From Octopus sinensis (lineage: Eukaryota), in the NCBI RefSeq assembly GCF_006345805.1, contig NW_021834944.1:1-45056 (forward strand): a stretch of 45,056 nucleotides of DNA, read 5' to 3'. This document shows, in pieces, positions 23,992-35,870 of the stretch. The number at the start of each line of letters is the position of its first letter. Position 1 is the stretch's first letter. Both the position numbers and the translations under genes were made by a program. The notes beneath the pieces are model-generated. The model ran no database searches. It was not told the DNA's origin and saw only the letters and a program-made list of their open reading frames with translations.

Positions 23992-24461
23992 AATTTTTCT
24001 TTGGGTTTTAAGTTCTTGAGCGTGTGCATGGCAGTTACTAAAGAAGCAAGAACACTTTTTGAGTTGCGAGACTTCCCGGTGTTTGTAAACATGTGATTGA
24101 GTTGGTTTGCTGGTTGAACTGTCGATGCATGCACCCAAGTGCGTGCATCTATTCACATAAGAATCTCGCATGGAGAATTTCTGTAACGTCATTAAAAATC
24201 TTCACCGTGCCACTAATAGATTGGAATCCACGTATGTATGTGTGTGTTGTATCGCTCGTTCGATGTTCGATATAACGGGATAATAATAATGTCCTCGCAA
24301 ATCGCTCTACTCAAGATACTGGCAATAACGCTCGACAATACGCAACTCTCGGCTTTACGCAGCTCAAATGACTCCCCCTTACACTCTCTGCGCATGTCCA
24401 TTTATATTGTGGCACATTCATTAGGAGCCAACCAATAGGGATGTTCTACTTCCACACAACA

Positions 24462-24598
24462 GTATGTATGTATGTATGTATGTATGTATGTATGTATGTA
24501 TGTATGTATGTACGCATGCATGCATGCATGCATGCATGTATGTATGTATGTATGTATGTATGTATGTATGTATGTATGTATGTATGTATGTATATATA
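24462..24598. repeat. (TATG)n/(CATG)n microsatellite
   Basis: Direct reading. Confidence 0.95.
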
Positions 24599-24600
24599 TT

Positions 24601-25805
24601 CAGACAAGCCCAAAAGTCATCAGATCATTTCAAAATATAATAAACCTTTTGTTTATTAAATATTCACGTTTATTCTTTTATAAACAACAAATACACTGTT
24701 TGGAAAACAATTTGATTAGCTTTGAAAATGATGCCCCGTCAAATGGTCGCCGTTTCGTTCTTAACAATGGGGAGTTATTTCTTAAGAGTGTTCCATCCAT
24801 CAACATTTTTTACTGTTCTTTGGCTTATTCCTTCAATTTCTTCGCCATAAATCGCTGGATCTGAGCAGATTACGCTAATCGTACCCGATAATCTGCTGGC
24901 TACAGTTCCTGCACTAGCTGCACTTTAGATGGGATTAAAGCGGCGAGCTGGCAGAAACATTAGCACGCCAGACGAAAGGCTTAGCGGTATTACGTCTGCC
25001 GTTACGTTTTGAGTTCAAATTCCACCGAGGTCGACTTTGCCTTTCATCCTTTCGGGCGATTAAATAAGTACCAGTTACGCACTGGAGTCGATATAATCGA
25101 CTTAATCCGTTTATCTGTGCTTGTTTGTCCTCTCTCTGTTTAGCTCCTTGTGGGTAGTAAAGAAATAGGTATTTCATCTGCCGTTGCGTTATGAGTTCAA
25201 GTTCCGCCGAGGTTGACTTTGCCTTTCATCTTTTTTGTGTCGATAAATTAAGTACCAGTTACGTACTGGGGTCGATCTAATCGACTAGCCCTCTCCTCAA
25301 AAATTTCGGGCTTTGTGCCTATAGTAGAAAAGAAAAAGATGGGAATAAATTCAGCATCCTTTAACTCCTCTGTAGAGAACTTCGGGATATGACCAGCTGC
25401 TGGGACCACCATCGGGTCGGTGTTGAAGGGTCTTCTTTAATGCTCCACTGTACACAATGAATGTTATACTGAGACCTTCCTGAATGTAGCCTTCCCATAC
25501 GGGATAAATCAATAACAGCCCCCTTGTTGTTCAAACCGCTGGAATAGGTTGAGTACTGCTTTTTTAGATGGTGGTTGTCTGACCTGAAAATGAGGAATGT
25601 AAGATCTTTAAGTTAGCACAATTGATCGTTGATTTTGCTTGATAAAATTTGATTACTTTTACTTCATGCTCTGTAGTGAGTTTCTCCATGATAATTTTCC
25701 AAGAATTACGTTTCAATAATCTGAAGAAAAAAAGGAAATTTCCAAAAATTAATTGTAAACTGTTATTATAGTTTAAAATGGTCTGGTGACTTTTGGACCA
25801 CCCTG
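24601..25805 (-). mobile_element. Decayed Tc1/mariner-superfamily element with TIRs, interrupted by a SINE dimer
   Basis: Left cagacaagcccaaaagtcatcagatcatttcaaaatataataa vs reverse complement of right end cagggtggtccaaaagtcaccagaccattttaaactataataa; TA flank on the right; MEKLTTEHEVKVIKFY resembles DUF4817-type transposase N-termini. Confidence 0.7.
24940..25336 (+). mobile_element. SINE A dimer: head-body-Tx1-like tail-body-standard tail
   Basis: Junction gtagtaaagaaata|ggtatttc at ~25167, as in the 6428-7379 array; TSD agatggga(t/a)taaa at 24927-24939 and 25337-25349. Confidence 0.85.
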
Positions 25806-25984
25806 TATTTGTATATACCTGTGTATACGCCAAAGTTACAGTTTTTAAATGAATACGCAATTCGGGATATTAAGTCTTATCGGATATTTGCTTAAACTAA
25901 ATATTTGGCTTCTACTCGCGTTTCATATCCAACAGTCTTGACATTATATCAAATACTTATACATATGGGTGTGTATGCGCGCGC

Positions 25985-26028
<44 letters not shown>

Positions 26029-26437
26029 GTATATATAAATATGTATATATGTAAATATATATATATTAGAGAACATGATGACCACCCATAAAGAAAGCCA
26101 TATTTATTTCCCCTCTAGATTCCTTCCACTTTCATTCATATATTTATATATTTTTATATATTTAAATTTATGAAATCTTTCCTTATCTTATCTTCATAAT
26201 CTTTTTTCTTCTTTTTCCCCCTCCCTCACTTATTCCTACCTTTTCCGTCCGAAATGTACTTCTCTTCTCCTAATACGTCTTACAGTTATTGCTATTATAT
26301 TCCTCTTCTTCCCCCTCTATTTCCTTTCTACCTTCCATTTAAATTGCCGCTTCTACTCCTATCTCTTCCTCCTACTACATCATTATCCTTGTTTAACCGA
26401 CACAAACATCTCCTGTTACCTATCCTCACACACTTAC

Positions 26438-26591
26438 ACATATTACTGCCTGTGTTGTCGTTATTATGAAACTCCGCTGCTGAACTGGATCCCAGCAACC
26501 GACGTAGATTGGTCCCAGAACAGCTCAGCCAGACCCAACCTGAACTTATATATCGGACTACTGAGGTTCCTTTGTCTACCAACTTTCCCAT
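26438..26591 (-). CDS. Candidate first coding exon of an unidentified host gene (51 codons + 1 nt, phase 1)
   Basis: gacGCCATGG Kozak context at 26591; open frame MGKLVDKGTSVVRYISSGWVWLSCSGTNLRRLLGSSSAAEFHNNDNTGSNM; donor GTAAGT at 26437-26432; non-repetitive island. No protein family recognised. Confidence 0.45.
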
Positions 26592-26786
26592 GGCGTCTAA
26601 TTTCTTTCCATACAATATCAACAACAACAACAATAACAAAAACAACAACAACGATAAGAACAATAATGACAATAACAATAATATATAAATAAAGTATTTC
26701 GATAAAGTTCGGTGAAATAAAATGTCTCAGAGGGTCTGAGAGACAACACGTTCTCCTTTTTGTTTCCGTCGTGGATATTTACCATG

Positions 26787-27200
26787 GAGAGAAAATAAAA
26801 GAGAGAATGAGGGAGAGAGAGAGAGAGAGATAGAGAGAGAGAGAGACGGAGAGAAGGAGAATGAGTGGGTGGGGAGAATGATGGAGGAAGAGATAGAGGG
26901 ACTGAGGGGGGATGGAGGTGGGAAATAAAAACAAACAAACCATCAAAGGGGAGAAAAGAAAGATGAAAGAAATAAGCAAATAAGGAAGGATGGAAGAGAG
27001 GAATGAAAGAATGAATGAATGGAAGAAAGAATGAATGAAAGAAACAAAGAAACGAGCAAACAAATATTCCAACAAATAACAAAGAAAGAGAGAGAAAGAA
27101 AGAAAGAAAGAAAGAAATATTCCAACAAACAAGAAAGAAAGAAAGAAAGAGGTGTGCTATCAAAGAAAAAAGATGAAATGTGAGGGAAACACAAAAGAGA
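26787..27200. repeat. GA/GAAA-rich low-complexity tract
   Basis: Direct reading. Confidence 0.85.
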
Positions 27201-28362
27201 AATGAGTTTAGTGCAAGAAAGGACGTCTCTGGATCTTTCTAGACTGATTGCGGCTGTTCATTTTTGTTTGTTTTTCTTTTGTTTAATGTCTGTAATGATA
27301 AGTGACTCGTCATCTCAGAGACAAATATATATTGCAAGTGACATAGATGAGAGACAGATATTCGTTTAGTTCTGTGCTATGTCAGACCTGCATGACTTCA
27401 CGATTCGAATGGCGCTGAATGTACAGAGATGAGGGACATGATTACAATCAAATACTAGTCAGTCAATCTAGAAGGCAGGCTGTCACATCAGTTAGGGGTC
27501 GGTGCGTTGTAGAGCAGTCGAGAGAAAGGCCTCTGAAACAGTGAATATTCTCCCCTTATGAATATACATACATATATACGTGGCACTTCGTCGGTTACGG
27601 CGACGAGGATTTCTGTTGATCCGATCAGTTTCACAGCCTGTCGAATAACGATACTCCATTGTTAAAAATTCGCTCCCACAGTTTCGCTTACAAAGGTAGT
27701 TAATGTAATCTATATATATAAATTTGACATGGGCGATTCTTTATTGTCTTGGGATTCACGGTCAAACGGTTGGGTGGAATTGCCCGAAAACAGATGTGTA
27801 GAATGATCCGGTGGTGTTGCTGGGCTTTGTATTTTTTTCATAGCTCCCATGGTTACTGAGATAATCTACTATAATAATACTCATGTGTTTATGAATGAGA
27901 AAGGAAGGGGTGATAGATAAATAAGGAAGGAAGGAAGGGGTGAGTTCATACTTGGTAGTGGGATAATGAAAATTGTACGCTGAAAAAATAAATCAAACAG
28001 CGTTTCAAATCTGTGTGAATATATGTGTGTGTATGTAAAAGGGGGGTATGTGCGTGTGTGTGTGTTTGTGTGTGCGTGTGTGTGTGTGTTTGTGTGTGCG
28101 TGTGTGTGCGCGCGCAATAGAATAGGTTGGTTCATCTTTGTTCGCTTAGTATTTGAGTTTCTTTTTCTGATTTGGTTGAATCTGGGTTGGGTTTTTTTAT
28201 TGGTCAATTATTTTTAGCGTTTTGACAGAAAAAGTCATTCTAAAATTGTTTTTTAACGTAAGCGAGCCCAAACAAGTCGAATGCTTACACAGAACAGGTT
28301 TTACAGCCACATCCTCCAAACCGACCGGGTGAAAACTGGCTTAGCTGCTAGTGTAGAATATA

Positions 28363-28585
28363 TACGACGGGTTTCTGAAAAGTTCCTGGCTTTCAGGTTA
28401 TCGCAAAAGGCCAGGTCGGTGGCTCAACTTTCCGAGTTCTTTTATAGGGCTTAGAAAAAACTGCAGGACTGCAGCAATAAGTATGTGAATCTGAGAGGGG
28501 GATATGTTGAATAAAACTATAAATAACTGATCCTTTTATACTTTTGTTTACCCAAAATTCAGGAACTTTTCAGCACCTCCTCATA
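28363..28585 (+). mobile_element. mariner-derived MITE
   Basis: TIRs tacgacgggtttctgaaaagttcctgg / reverse complement tatgaggaggtgctgaaaagttcctga; internal NKYVNLRGGYVE* mariner terminus. Confidence 0.75.
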
Positions 28586-28821
28586 TGTATGCATGCATGT
28601 ATATTTTTTTAATTATATATATAATATATATATATATATATTATATATATATTAATATAGTCACCATGATAGATCGTTAGCACTACACACATTTTTTTCT
28701 CTCCTTGTTTTTTCTGTGTCCATTTCTGTAGAAGAGCGTAGGCTTGAAACGTTAAAACACTTTTTCTATTCCTGAGCGTTATACTAATACATCTGCTTGT
28801 TTTCTACACCACCTGTCTTTT

Positions 28822-28888
<67 letters not shown>

Positions 28889-28912
28889 GTGTGTGTGATT
28901 GTGTATAGAAGA

Positions 28913-29297
28913 ATATATTAATAAAAGGAATTCCAACCTTGTCTGATTTTCACGTTTTATTTACAATCTTATAATGATATATTATAAGGTAATATATTAT
29001 AATTGAATAAAATAAAATGAAATAGTAGAATGTTAAATGTTCATTCTGATTGAACTAGTACTTTCATGCATTGAATTCTGCAATCTTCGGGTTCATGTAG
29101 TAGTGGTGACAGTCATGCTTCACAATTTTTGACTGTAGCAAGATGATTGATTCTGTGCTAAAAATACAGCTGGGTAGGCTCCAGAGTGCTAGGTTTTGCA
29201 AACTGTATTCTGACCAATCAGTGTGTAGTATCACTCAATTACTTAAGCTGATTGGTTGGTTGAGCTGATTGGTTTAGGCATCACGCTTTGTTGGACA
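28913..29297 (-). repeat. 3' pseudo-LTR (sense to the ORF)
   Basis: Reverse complement of 32449-32832, about 6 differences by eye. Confidence 0.95.
29051..29095 (-). ncRNA. Minimal type I hammerhead-like motif in the pLTR (core variant CCGAAGA)
   Basis: ugaac-CCGAAGA-u-ugca-gaauucaa-ugca-u-GAAA-guac-UA-guuca. Confidence 0.62.
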
Positions 29298-29580
29298 TGT
29301 CAAGGGTCCTGTATCTTGACCCTGGCCGAAGCAGCAATTGTTGGGTTATTTTTAGAAATGTTGTAAATATCCTTTGTCAGAGATTTTTATATTTTTATAT
29401 TTCAATTGTCATCATTATCATTGTCAGCACCTTAATTATTGTTGCTAGTGGTGATGGTGGTGGCAATAGAACTTTTAACCCTAAATAAGATAATTTTCCT
29501 GCTATCTTCATCTTGATCACCTTTAGTATTGTTGTTGTTTTTAGTGGTCATGGTCGTAGCAGTGGAAGTAAGTATTATTA

Positions 29581-31800
29581 TTATTGCTTATTTAGTTTGG
29601 GTTCGAATTTATCAATAAAATTCTTTTCTCTGATTCTCCTCTCGATTTCACCTGGGCTGTGTAATTTGTAGAACGGAAATATTATATACATTTTCCGGCC
29701 ACATGTTGCTAGGTGGTTACTCAAAGGTATCTGACGGACCTCTGGGTCTCTAATCTGTTGCCGGTGTACACGTGAGTGTTCTGATAGTGCGTTTCCCGTC
29801 TGACCTACATATATTTCTTCACAATTTGGGCATTTGATGCAGTAAATTAAATTTCTGCTTTTGCGGTTCATATTCGCGTTTGTGAATATTTTCCCGGTTT
29901 TTGTGTTTATATATTGACCGGTATGTATGAATTGGCATGTGCCACATCGGCTATCATTGCATTTAGATACCGTGAATGTTTGGTCTTTGTTGCTAAGGTC
30001 AAATTTTGCCTTTGTTAGTAATGTTTTCAAGTTTTTAGGCTGTCTTTTACTAAACACCATAGCTCGATCCGTGATTATGTCTTTTAATTCATTACTTTGG
30101 GCAATGATTGGTAGGTTTGCTTTGGCAATGTTGAAGATATTCTGGTGACATGGGTTGTGTGTCACTATGAATGGTATGACTTGTTCTTGTTTTCCTCTTC
30201 CTTGGGTTGCCCTAAGTTGTTGTATGGGTATTTTTATAGCCCGCTGTATGCCATTTTCTATAAGTAGAGATGGGTATTTTTGTTTGAGCAAAAATTCTCT
30301 TAGTTCTATTAGGCGTTTGTTCCTGATATTTGCATCTTCTACAATGGTACAAATTCTTCTGGCTGGGCAGTATGGGATGTTACGTTTTGTATGTGGTGGA
30401 TGGCACGACTTAAAATTTAGGTATTGATGTGTGTCTGTGTGTTTATAGTATATATCTGTGGTGATGGTGGTGTCTTTTTTAATTACCATTATATCTAGGA
30501 ATGGTAATTTGGTACTATTCATCTCCTTTGTAAATTGGAGAGATAGGTTGTTCAGGAGGATATTGAACACTTCCAGAGTATTTAGAGATTCTGTCCAGAT
30601 TATGAAGCAGTCGTCTAAGTATCTCTTCCACGCCTTTTCAATATACTTTCTAAATCCAGTGCCATAGTTTACCTCCACCTCTTGGTAGAGTTGTTGTTCT
30701 AAGTATCCCATTACAGAGTTGGCGTAAACGGGAGCAAACCTCGTTCCCATCGCCGTGCCTCTAATTTGGATGTAATTCTTTCCATTGAAGAAGAATGTGT
30801 TATTTTCTAGAATAAGTTTGACTGTGTCTAATATAAATGGCACTGTGAATCTGCTGAGAATCACTTCTCTATGTTTTTCTAATCAGTATTTAATCGCCTT
30901 TATTCCTAAATCGTGTGGAATATTGGTGTAGAGGCTTACCACATCAAAACTTAGTAAAACTGAATTTGTTTCTGTTGTTTTGAGAAGATGGGACAGGAAG
31001 TCGATGTCATCCCTGATGAAACTGGGTATGTAAGTACATAGTGGTTTCAAAACAATGTCAATAAAATTGCTTAGACGGTGTGTAGGGCATGCTGGACCAG
31101 CTATAATAGGTCTAAGTTTTAGGTCTTTTGGATGTAATAATTTATGTACTCACTTTCTTGTTCTTTTACTGCCTGTTGAATTATTTTGATTTGTGTATTT
31201 TTGGTAAGCCGTAGAAGTGCTGGGTTTTGGTTCGAAATTGATGTAGTCTTTTTCATTATCCGTACGTGAGTTGTGGTGTGTTGAGATCAGGTGTTGATCT
31301 TTTTCATGATGTGGTGGTCTATATTTGGGGTATTTCACAATAGAAGGTTGTATCCTTCAGTTGGTCTTCAACCAAATCCTTATAGTATTCGGTATCCATA
31401 AAACAATTGCACCACCTTTATCTGCTTGTTTAATTATTATTGTTTGATCGTTTTGTATACGTTTACATGCAGACATCTCTGATTTGCTAATGTTTGGCCT
31501 AACATTGGTATTGCGTCTAAGGGGAAATTTAGACAGGATATCAATGTATTGGTCAAGGTAGTTATTTCTTCCTTTTGGTGGGGTGAAATTTGATTTATTC
31601 CTTACTAGGGATTCATCAATCTCATACTTTTGTTAGCGAAGAATTCTACAAGTCGTAATTTTCGACAGAATTTTGAATATCCTCCTTTAATTCTTGGTGG
31701 TTGGCTGTTGGTGTAGGTGTGAATTTCAGTCCTTTTGACAGAAGTTGGATTTCATCATTGTCAAGATCTCTTTTTGATAAATTAATTATTTTAGGATCTA
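29581..31800 (-). pseudogene. Penelope-type reverse transcriptase / GIY-YIG endonuclease, disrupted (open 29581-30864; stops and frameshifts upstream)
   Basis: IINLSKRDL..LLSKGLKFTP; IIIKQADKGG; FYGLPKIHKS; LRPIIAGPACPT; SFDVVSLYTNIP; QIRGTAMGT; RYLDD; PFLD; IYYKHTDT..YLNF.SCHP; Cys linker CNDSRCGTC; LIYCIKCPNCEEIYVGQT; EKNFIDKFEPKLN. Confidence 0.93.
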
Positions 31801-32473
31801 TACGTTCAGTTGTTTGGGGTATGTTTCCTCTTGGATTTTTTCTTTCTCCGGTGTTTGTTGTCCTGACGTAAAAAATGGATTTTTTTCTGTTTATGATTTA
31901 TATTCCTGTTGATGTTTGCTTGATGAATTTTGCGTTTTGGTTGTGGTACTTTACTTGGTTTCGTTATGTCTTCTTTTGTTTGTTTTTGGTATTATGTATG
32001 CTACTTTTCAATTTCTTGTTAGCATTGTTTTTAACCACCTGGAGAAATGATCTGGGTTTACTTCTAGATCTAGATCGGTTTTTTGTCCAGTTTCTTGTGG
32101 GTAATCTCTGTTGAGGTCTTGAAAATGATCTCCTGTTATTTCTACTGCTAATGGTCTGTTCAAAACAATATCTATTTTGTTTGTGCTTTTTGTTCATGTT
32201 GTGTGCATTAGGGTGTTTGCATACAAAAAGGGAAGAGTTCTTACCGTAGTTCGTCTTCGATTCGTGGTGAAACGGGTGTTCATGTTGCCACGTGTTCTGG
32301 TGTATGTTGCGTTGGTGAGGTTGTCCACTTTTAATGCTATTTCTCGGAGATCTGGTGTCTTTACCGTAATTTGTAGCATATTTGTCGACAAATAATTGTT
32401 TCCGCTGCCAAAACTTTCTTGATCTGCTTTCTTCTTTTGAGATATCTCTGTCCAACAAAGCGTGATGCCTAAA

Positions 32474-32590
32474 CCAATCAGCTCAACCAACCAATCAGCT
32501 TAAGTAATTGAGTGATACTACACACTGATTGGTCAGAATACAGTTTGCAAACCCTAGCACTCTGGAGCCTACCCAGCTGTATTTATAGCA
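32474..32590 (+). promoter_or_regulatory. Putative pLTR promoter: two CCAATCAG, one CTGATTGG and a TATA-like TATTTATA
   Basis: Motifs read directly upstream of the hammerhead motif; function inferred. Confidence 0.45.
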
Positions 32591-32650
32591 CAGAATCAAT
32601 CATCTTGCTACAGTCAAATATTGTGAAGCATGACTGTCACCACTACTACA

Positions 32651-32695
32651 TGAACCCGAAGATTGCAGAATTCAATGCATGAAAGTACTAGTTCA
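32651..32695 (+). ncRNA. Minimal type I hammerhead-like motif in the pLTR (core variant CCGAAGA)
   Basis: Stem I tgaac/gttca; CCGAAGA 32656-62; stem II tgca/tgca; GAAA 32681-84; palindromic AGTACT stem III; CUA triplet. Confidence 0.62.
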
Positions 32696-32879
32696 ATCAG
32701 AATGAACATTTAACATTCTACTATTTCATTTTATTTTATTCAATTATAATATATTATCTTATAATATATCATTATAAGATTGTAAATAAAATGTGAAAAT
32801 CAGACAAGTTGGAATTCCTTTTATTAATATATATATATATATATATATATAGGTGAGAGGAAGAGATAAGCATATCAAA

Positions 32880-33050
32880 ACTGTTCCAGTTGATCGGATC
32901 AACGGAACAGCCTGCTCGTGAAATGGAGGTACAACAGAAACAAGGAATAATGAGTAAGAGAAAGTTGTGGCGAAAGAATACAGCAGGGTTCGCCACCTGC
33001 CGGAACCTCGTGAAGTTTTTGTTCAACAAACATTCACAACGCCTGGTTTT
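32880..33050 (-). mobile_element. SINE C partial, internally deleted
   Basis: Reverse-complement matches to segments of 39540-39830. Confidence 0.7.
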
Positions 33051-33419
33051 AAGATGAGATTAGATGAGATTTATCGTATTCCCGTAAAATTCTCTTTATA
33101 TATAAATATAAAGAGAATTTTACCGGACCCCATAAATCTCATCTCATCTCATCTCATCTTATCAAATAAATTTCAATAAAAAATTTTGAAGTAAAAAGCT
33201 GTTTATCTTCTGCCTGGGGAGCAAGAACATATCTCCCCCACAGACTTTTCTAAAATATGTTTATTAAATTCCCTCTTAAATTGAAATGTCTCGGACTTAT
33301 TTTTATGCTATTTCCACCTCCATCTTTTATATATTAAAATTTGATTGTATAAATCGCTAATCATTTTTCAACTATATATATATATATATTATATATATAT
33401 TATATATACACATATATAT

Positions 33420-33504
33420 CAGAGGTTCTCTCAACCTGGGTTCCGCGGTGGTCCACAAAGGTGGTACGGGGGGGGTTGAAATGAATTCAGAATTTGATAT
33501 ATAT

Positions 33505-33547
<43 letters not shown>

Positions 33548-33610
33548 AGGATAAACATATTAAAAGGGGTCTGTGGAAAACTCATTTAAATTAAAGGGTT
33601 GGGAACACTG
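33420..33610. mobile_element. hAT-type MITE with internal (TA)n
   Basis: TIRs cagaggttctctcaacc / ggttgggaacactg (reverse complement cagtgttcccaacc), Charlie-like. Confidence 0.6.
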
Positions 33611-34009
33611 TATATGTATATATTTGTATGTATATATATATATATATATATATATGGATGTATATGTATGTATGTATAGATGTATATGTATGTATGTATA
33701 AATGTATATGTATGTATGGATGTATATGTATGTATGTATGGATGTATATGTATGTATATATATGTATATATATATATGTGTGTGTATATATATGGATGTA
33801 TATATATATGTATGTATATATATATGTATATATATATATGTGTGTGTATATATATATATATAAATGTATATATATATGTATGTATATGTATATATATATA
33901 AATATATATGTATATATATATAGATAGATGTATGTATATTCATATATGTGTATATATATAGTTATATACATGTATGTATATGTCTATATACATACATATA
34001 TATATAATA

Positions 34010-34051
<42 letters not shown>

Positions 34052-34070
34052 ACACATATATATATATAGT
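33611..34070. repeat. (TA)n/(TATG)n microsatellite region
   Basis: Direct reading. Confidence 0.93.
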
Positions 34071-34211
34071 ATGATTGGATGCGCCCGTCGTGCGATAATT
34101 AAGCAACATAGCTTTCGGTTCTAATCTTAATCGCGTTCAACTCCCACCATCGCCGCTCGTACACACATATTGTGGGCATCCGACGGTGGACTATAGCGTT
34201 ATAATACGAAG

Positions 34212-34246
<35 letters not shown>

Positions 34247-34289
34247 CCTTTGCTTTACAAGTATCTTCCCTTCCTTCCTCTACTCTAAT

Positions 34290-35045
34290 GATATCTCTCA
34301 CTCCTCCTCCTTGATCTCGTTTCCTCTCTCTCTTTCTAACCGTCGTTTCTCACCGTCTTTCCTTGTCTGCTTCTCCTCCCCCTCTCAACTCTCTCTCACG
34401 TCACATTTACCCTCTCACCTACACACACATCTCCACACTGCTCCTTCTCTTTCATCTTCACATTAACTCTTCCTCTTCCCCTACATTTCTATCTCTCTCC
34501 TTCTCGTTCTTTCTTTCTATCTCTCTCTCTCGTTCTTTCTTTCTCTCTCCTTCTCTCGTTCTTTCTTTCTCTCTCCCTCTCTCTCCTTTTTCTCTCCCCC
34601 TCTCTCTCTCCTTTATTTCTCTCTCCCTCTCTCACTCATTTTACTCTCTCTCCCTCTCGCTCCTTCTTTCTCTCACCTTCTTCATCTCCCTCTCTCCTTT
34701 CTCTCTCCCTCTCGTTCTTTCTTTCCCTCTTCCACTCTCCTTTCTTTCTCTCCCTCACCTTTTTCTCTCACTCTCCATCACGTTCCTTCTTTCTTTCTCT
34801 CTTTCTTCCTTTTTTTCTCTCTCTCTCTCCCCCCTCGTTCTTTCATTCTTCCTCTCTTATTCTTTCTTTCTCTCTCTCTTCTTCTTTCGCACTCTCTCTC
34901 TCTCCCGTTCGCTCTTTGTTTCTCTCGCTTTCTTTCTTTCACCCTCTCGTTTTTTCTCTCTTTCTCTATCTTTCTGTCTTTCTCTTTCTCTCCTTCTTTC
35001 TCTCTCTCTCTCCTACTCTCTCTCCCCCCCTCTCTCTCTATCCTC
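34290..35045. repeat. CT-rich polypyrimidine low-complexity tract
   Basis: Direct reading; explains the S/L/F-rich 261-aa ORF. Confidence 0.92.
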
Positions 35046-35659
35046 ATATCATCTTATTTTGCCAGTATATTCCGGTTTCACTTTCCCACTCCGATGTCAC
35101 AGAAGTCAACTTCCCCACACTTTTCACTCCTATTATATTTCCGAATAATCTAGAACAAATATACAACGTGCTGCGAAAGATATTTGCGTCTGATAAGGCC
35201 TGTGCCAATGTTACAGCTTGCAGATTGGATCCAAACTTTTACCTTCTTTTACATCGTTTTCCCTTTTGTTTTCTTCTATTTCCCCCCCCCCTAAATCCCG
35301 TTTTAGTCACCTAATTTCTAACAACACCTGCAAATAACAAAGAATCGCTTTTCCTCGTGGAGGGATTAACAAAATGTTGAGATAAACACAGGCAAAATAA
35401 ACAAATAAAATAAGAAAAAATACAAGTGGTAATTCAATTTGGTCGTTCCCATAACATTTAGCTTTTGGGTCACCTGAAGACTTTTACTTTCTTTTACTTG
35501 TTTCAGTCACTTGACTGCGGCCATGCTGGATCCCGGGACTTATTCTTTGGAAGCCTAGTACTTATTCTATCGGTCTCTTTTGCCGAACTATTAAGTTACG
35601 GGGACGTAAACACACCAGCATCGGTTGTCAAGCGATGTTGGGAGGACAGACCCAGAGAC

Positions 35660-35734
<75 letters not shown>

Positions 35735-35870
35735 TACATATTTCAGTTTCCGTCTACCAAATCCACTCACAAGGCTTTGGTCGGCCCGAGGTTATAGTAG
35801 AAGATACTTACCCAAGGAGCCAGGCTGTGGGACTGAACCTGGAACCATGTGGTTGGTGAGCAAGCTACTT

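Larger units (their letters stand above)
28913..32832 (-). mobile_element. Penelope-like retroelement (Neptune-type), 5'-truncated, bounded by inverted pseudo-LTRs
   Basis: RT + GIY-YIG coding region between inverted repeats 28913-29297 and 32449-32832; (TA)n at the right flank. Confidence 0.92.
32449..32832 (+). repeat. Inverted 5' pseudo-LTR
   Basis: Reverse complement of 28913-29297. Confidence 0.95.

Noticed and set aside
34363-35148. 261-aa S/L/F-rich ORF and antisense R/E/K-rich ORF
   Set aside because: CT-rich low-complexity tract
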